In this document: positions 38,943 to 46,358 of the stretch, piece by piece
How positions within the stretch are numbered: the stretch's first letter is position 1
Layout: each line of letters opens with the position of its first letter
Origin: an uncultured Solirubrobacteraceae bacterium
GTDB taxonomy: Bacteria > Actinomycetota > Thermoleophilia > Solirubrobacterales > Solirubrobacteraceae
Length of the DNA: 46,358 nt
Direction of reading: 5' to 3'
NCBI GenBank assembly: GCA_964588985.1
Contig: CAZPQW010000026.1
Span: 1-46,358, forward strand
Position numbers and translations under genes: made by a program
Notes under the pieces: model-generated
The model's database searches: none
The model's input: only the letters and a program-made list of their open reading frames with translations
Told to the model about the DNA's origin: nothing

Positions 38943-40025
38943 ATGAGCGACGGCGGCGCGACAGCGGCACCGACAGCGGAGGAGCTCTCGCGCGCGGCGA
39001 TCGCCCGGGTCGACCCCTCCGACCAGCTTGGCGACGTGCTCGCCCTTCCCGAGCACCTGCGCGACGCGCTGTGGCGCGTGGAGTCGGCGATCATGCAGGA
39101 CTGGGACACCGCCGCGGGACTGGTCGTGGCGGGCATGGGCGGCTCGGCGATCGGCGGGGCGCTGGCGCGCGCGGCGCTCGGGGATCACGCCTCGCGACCG
39201 ATCTTCGTCACCCGCGCCTACGGTCTCCCGACGTGGACGACGCCGGACACGATGGTGCTGTGCGCGAGCTACTCGGGCAACACCGAGGAGACCCTCGCGT
39301 GCTACGAGTCGGCGGGCGCGCTCGGCGCGAAGCGCACCGTGGTGACGACCGGCGGGCGCCTCGCGGAGATGGCGCGCGCGGATGGCGTGCCGGTGATCCC
39401 GCTGCCGGGCGGCTTCCAGCCGCGTGCGGCGGTCGCGTACATGATCGTGGCCGCGCTCGAGGTCGCCGCGCTGTGCGGCGCCGGGCCGAGGCTCACGTCC
39501 GAGATCGACGTGGCCGCCTCGCACATCGAGCAGCTCGTCGCCGAGTGGGGCCCGGACGCGCCGGAGGACTCGCTGGCGAAGGAAACGGCTCGCGGCCTGC
39601 TGGGCACCACGCCCGTGATCGCGGGCGCGGGGCTCACGAGCCCGATCGCGTACCGCTGGAAGACGCAGATCAACGAGAACGCCAAGCAGCCGGCGTTCTG
39701 GAACGAACTGCCCGAGCTCGACCACAACGAGATCTCCGGCTGGGAAGGAGCGGGCGATCTCGGCCGCTTCTCGGCGATCTTCCTCGACGACTCCGACGCC
39801 CACCCGCGGGTGAAGGAGCGGATGGATCTCACCGAGCGTCTGATCGCTGGCAACGCCGCGGCGAGCTTCAGGCTGGAGACACGCGGACAGACCGCGATCG
39901 AGCGCGTGATATCCCTAGTGCTGCTCGGCGACCTCGTCTCGATCTACCTCGCAGCGCTGCGTGGCGTGGATCCGGGGCCGGTGCTGCTGATCGACGAGCT
40001 GAAGGCCGCGCTCGCCAACCGCTGA
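38943..40025 (+). CDS. Bifunctional phosphoglucose/phosphomannose isomerase (SIS-domain PGI/PMI)
   Basis: GMGGSAIGG, SYSGNTEET, QPRAA, RWKTQINENAK, PELDHNE, GVDP. SD AGGAGG. Confidence 0.93.
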   Translation: MSDGGATAAPTAEELSRAAIARVDPSDQLGDVLALPEHLRDALWRVESAIMQDWDTAAGLVVAGMGGSAIGGALARAALGDHASRPIFVTRAYGLPTWTTPDTMVLCASYSGNTEETLACYESAGALGAKRTVVTTGGRLAEMARADGVPVIPLPGGFQPRAAVAYMIVAALEVAALCGAGPRLTSEIDVAASHIEQLVAEWGPDAPEDSLAKETARGLLGTTPVIAGAGLTSPIAYRWKTQINENAKQPAFWNELPELDHNEISGWEGAGDLGRFSAIFLDDSDAHPRVKERMDLTERLIAGNAAASFRLETRGQTAIERVISLVLLGDLVSIYLAALRGVDPGPVLLIDELKAALANR

Positions 40026-40061
40026 GCGTCGAGCTACGACCATTTACCATTGGAGATCACG

Positions 40062-41486
<1,425 letters not shown>

Positions 41487-41504
41487 CGACAGCCTGCTGA
41501 CTGC

Positions 41505-42494
41505 ATGAGAGCGATGGTCCTCGCGGCAGGCCTTGGCACGCGCCTGCGCCCGCTGACGTACGAGATCACGAAGCCGATGGTGCCGGTGCTGGACCGTCCG
41601 GTGATGGAGCACATCGTGGAGCTTCTCGAGCGTCACGGCTTCGAGGAGACGATCGCCAACCTGCACTACTTCCCGGAGACGATCAGCGACTACTTCGGCG
41701 ATCGCCTCTCCTACCGCGTGGAGGAGGAGCTGCTCGGAACCGCGGGCGGCGTGCGCGCGTGCGCGGACTTCTTCGGCGAGGACTCGTTCCTGGTGATCTC
41801 CGGCGACGCGCTCACGGACATCGACCTGGGTGCGCTCGCGACACGCCATCGTGAGAGCGGCGGCGTGGCGACGCTGGCGGTGAAGAAGGTCCCCGACACG
41901 CGCGAGTACGGCGTGGTGCTGCACGACCGCGAGGGACGGATCACGGGTTTCCAGGAGAAGCCCGAGCCCGACGAGGCGCTGTCGGACCTCGGCAACTGCG
42001 GCATCTACGTGTTCAGCCCGCAGATCTTCGACTACTTCCCCGACCGCCCGTTCGCGGACTGGGCGCAGGACATCTTCCCGGTGCTGTTGGAGAACGACGT
42101 GCCGTTCCACATCCACGAGGTGCGCGAGTACTGGAACGACGTGGGCTCCCTCGCCGAGCTCAGGCAGGGAACGTTCGACGCGCTGCGCGGCGCGCTGCAC
42201 CTGCAGATCGACGGCGACGAGGTGAGCCCCGGTGTGACCGTGGCTGGCGGCTCGTCATTGCCGGCGGATGCGGAGATCGAAGGCCCGGTGTGGATCGGGC
42301 GCGACGTGCGGATCGGCTCCGGCGTGCGCCTGATGGGGCCGATCGTGATCGGCGACGGCGCCGTGATCGGCGACGGCGCTCAGCTGCGCGAGAGCATCGT
42401 GTTCCCCGGCACGGAGATCGCGCGCGAGTCGATCCTGATCGGCGCGATCGCCGGGCACGGCGGCATCCTGCAGAGCCTGCGCCGCCACGGGTAG
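41505..42494 (+). CDS. Second NDP-sugar pyrophosphorylase (nucleotidyltransferase) family protein
   Basis: LAAGLGTRLRPLT..KPM, LGTAGGV, SGDALTD, FQEKP, YWNDVG, short beta-helix. Confidence 0.92.
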   Translation: MRAMVLAAGLGTRLRPLTYEITKPMVPVLDRPVMEHIVELLERHGFEETIANLHYFPETISDYFGDRLSYRVEEELLGTAGGVRACADFFGEDSFLVISGDALTDIDLGALATRHRESGGVATLAVKKVPDTREYGVVLHDREGRITGFQEKPEPDEALSDLGNCGIYVFSPQIFDYFPDRPFADWAQDIFPVLLENDVPFHIHEVREYWNDVGSLAELRQGTFDALRGALHLQIDGDEVSPGVTVAGGSSLPADAEIEGPVWIGRDVRIGSGVRLMGPIVIGDGAVIGDGAQLRESIVFPGTEIARESILIGAIAGHGGILQSLRRHG

Positions 42495-42503
42495 CTCTCG
42501 CGC

Positions 42504-43319
42504 TCAGACGACTTCGTAGCGCTCGCGCCGCTGCTGCGCGCGCTCGGACTCCGCGAGGGCGCGCACGAACAGCGTCACCAGCGCTACGCCCATCACCATC
42601 GACTGCTCCACCGCCATGATCAGGCCGGCGATCGACTGGTCGCTGATCGCGGAGATGCCCCACACGCGGGCGTGGTGGACGTAGTAGGGGTAGAGCGCGG
42701 AGGGCGCGAACGCGAGGCCCATGCCGAGCGCGCCGACGAACAGCTTGGTGGAGGCCATGTAGATGACCGGCCCCATGCCGTCGAGGCGCAGGCGCGCGCG
42801 GATGGGAGACAGCAGATGCCACCAGTAGAGGGAGCCGGCGAGCACGAAGCTGATGTGCTCGAGCACGTGCACCGCGTCGTGGCGGACGGCGAGGTCGTAG
42901 GCGGCGGGGATGTGCCAGGCCCAGATCGCGCTGACGTACAGCAGCACCGCGCAAGCGGGGTGCGCGAGCACGCCGGCGCGGCGCTCGAGGTCGTGCACGG
43001 CGCGCGTAACAGGGCGCAGGATCACCTTCGTGAGCCCGAGGATGGCGAGGATCGGCACGACGTCGAGCAGCAGCATGTGCTGGATCATGTGCCCGAAGAA
43101 CAGCTGGTCGGCGAGCGCGTCGAGCGGGGAGACGAGCGAGATGAGGCTGATCGCGATCGAGGCGAGGAAGCTGCACAGCCGCCACACGGGCGCCTCGGCG
43201 GCACGCCTGGGCGACGCGCTGTGGCGCACCTGGCGCCAGCGGCGCACGTACACGCCGGCGACGAGCGCGGCGCCGACGAGCACTCCGGGACTGAACGACC
43301 AGTAGAGCTGCGGGGCCAC
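42504..43319 (-). CDS. ctaG: Cytochrome c oxidase assembly protein (caa3-type CtaG)
   Basis: SPLD, HMIQHMLL, WAWH.P..Y, HVLEH, DQSIAGLIM. Start GTG 43319. Confidence 0.88.
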   Translation of the reverse strand: MAPQLYWSFSPGVLVGAALVAGVYVRRWRQVRHSASPRRAAEAPVWRLCSFLASIAISLISLVSPLDALADQLFFGHMIQHMLLLDVVPILAILGLTKVILRPVTRAVHDLERRAGVLAHPACAVLLYVSAIWAWHIPAAYDLAVRHDAVHVLEHISFVLAGSLYWWHLLSPIRARLRLDGMGPVIYMASTKLFVGALGMGLAFAPSALYPYYVHHARVWGISAISDQSIAGLIMAVEQSMVMGVALVTLFVRALAESERAQQRRERYEVV

Positions 43320-43437
43320 GTGTGGAAGCGTATTCCCCCGCAGACATTGTGTGTCCACGACCATTTACATCCGCCGAACACAGGCGTAGCATCGTGCTCA
43401 CAGCAACACCCAAAAAGGACGACCGAAGGAGCCTACG

Positions 43438-43809
43438 ATGCAAATCGACATCAAGGGTCGAAACGTCCCGGTCACCGACGAGCTGCGCTCTCACGCGCAG
43501 CGCCGGCTGACCAAGGTCTCGCGCCAGGTCTCAGACCTGGCCCGCTTGGAGATAGAGATCTTCAAGGAGCCGAATCCACGTGTGGCCGACTGCCATGTGG
43601 CGGAGGGAACGCTGTACTTGAAGGGCGTTACGCTGCGCGCCCACGACGCGTCGCCGGAGCTGACGCACTCGATGAACCTGATGGTCGACGAGCTCGCCCG
43701 CCAGGTCAAGCGCCACCGCGACAAACTGCGCCACCGCCGCGAGGCGCACGCGGCCGCGGCACGCGCGGCGCGCGCCGCCGTGCGCAGCAACGGGCTGCCG
43801 TCGTTCTGA
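43438..43809 (+). CDS. hpf: Ribosome hibernation promoting factor (HPF/RaiA), short form
   Basis: MQIDIKGRNVPVTDELR...LARQVKRHRDK. SD AAGGAG; conserved position upstream of secA. Confidence 0.92.
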   Translation: MQIDIKGRNVPVTDELRSHAQRRLTKVSRQVSDLARLEIEIFKEPNPRVADCHVAEGTLYLKGVTLRAHDASPELTHSMNLMVDELARQVKRHRDKLRHRREAHAAAARAARAAVRSNGLPSF

Positions 43810-43820
43810 GCTTTTCCGTC

Positions 43821-43839
43821 CCCGCCCACGGTGGGCGGG
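43821..43839 (+). terminator. GC-rich hairpin after hpf (possible terminator or pause site)
   Basis: CCCGCCCA-CGG-TGGGCGGG perfect 8-bp stem; no U-tract. Confidence 0.4.
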
Positions 43840-43914
43840 CGCGAACGGCCGTGAGCCGGAGACGACATCCGGCTTGCGGCTGAACGCGCGAGCGGTGAGA
43901 GCTATCCTTGGCGC

Positions 43915-46358
<2,444 letters not shown>

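Noticed and set aside
43740-43809. HPF C-tail as a SecM-like arrest peptide regulating secA
   Set aside because: No RAGP/RAPP-type motif and no signal sequence; secA appears to have its own leaderless promoter.

Overview
High-GC (roughly 70%) bacterial chromosomal segment. Gene content and protein sequences suggest an actinobacterium of the Thermoleophilia/Solirubrobacterales type (inference, not searched). Most of it is housekeeping. In order: an ECF sigma/anti-sigma pair; acyl-CoA catabolism genes (meaB, acyl-CoA dehydrogenase, thiolase, B12-binding mutase subunit, etfB-etfA-ETF:quinone oxidoreductase); rpmE-DUF1385-prfA-prmC-sua5-glyA-wecA, with a clear ZMP/ZTP riboswitch before glyA; the F1Fo atp operon; a nucleotide-sugar/ahcY block; ctaG, hpf and a truncated secA. 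The most unusual part is a five-gene cassette (22852-28781) between wecA and atpI. It encodes a GT-C mannosyltransferase-like protein, an MGDG-synthase-like GT28 fused to an apparently inactive NodB domain, a DMT membrane protein, an intact NodB deacetylase and an Aur1/PAP2 enzyme. Its genes alternate strands, with 219- and 301-bp convergent overlaps, and two divergent genes appear to start on the same CATG. It is a candidate uncharacterised amino-glycolipid envelope-modification system arranged as a non-contiguous operon. Other leads are a possible terminator/antiterminator RNA leader before the atp operon, an ETF-QO missing one Fe-S cysteine, a small BECR-like/DUF2283 toxin-antitoxin pair, and widespread leaderless promoters. 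No tRNA, rRNA, CRISPR array or transposase was seen. All calls are from motif recognition only; no database searches were run.
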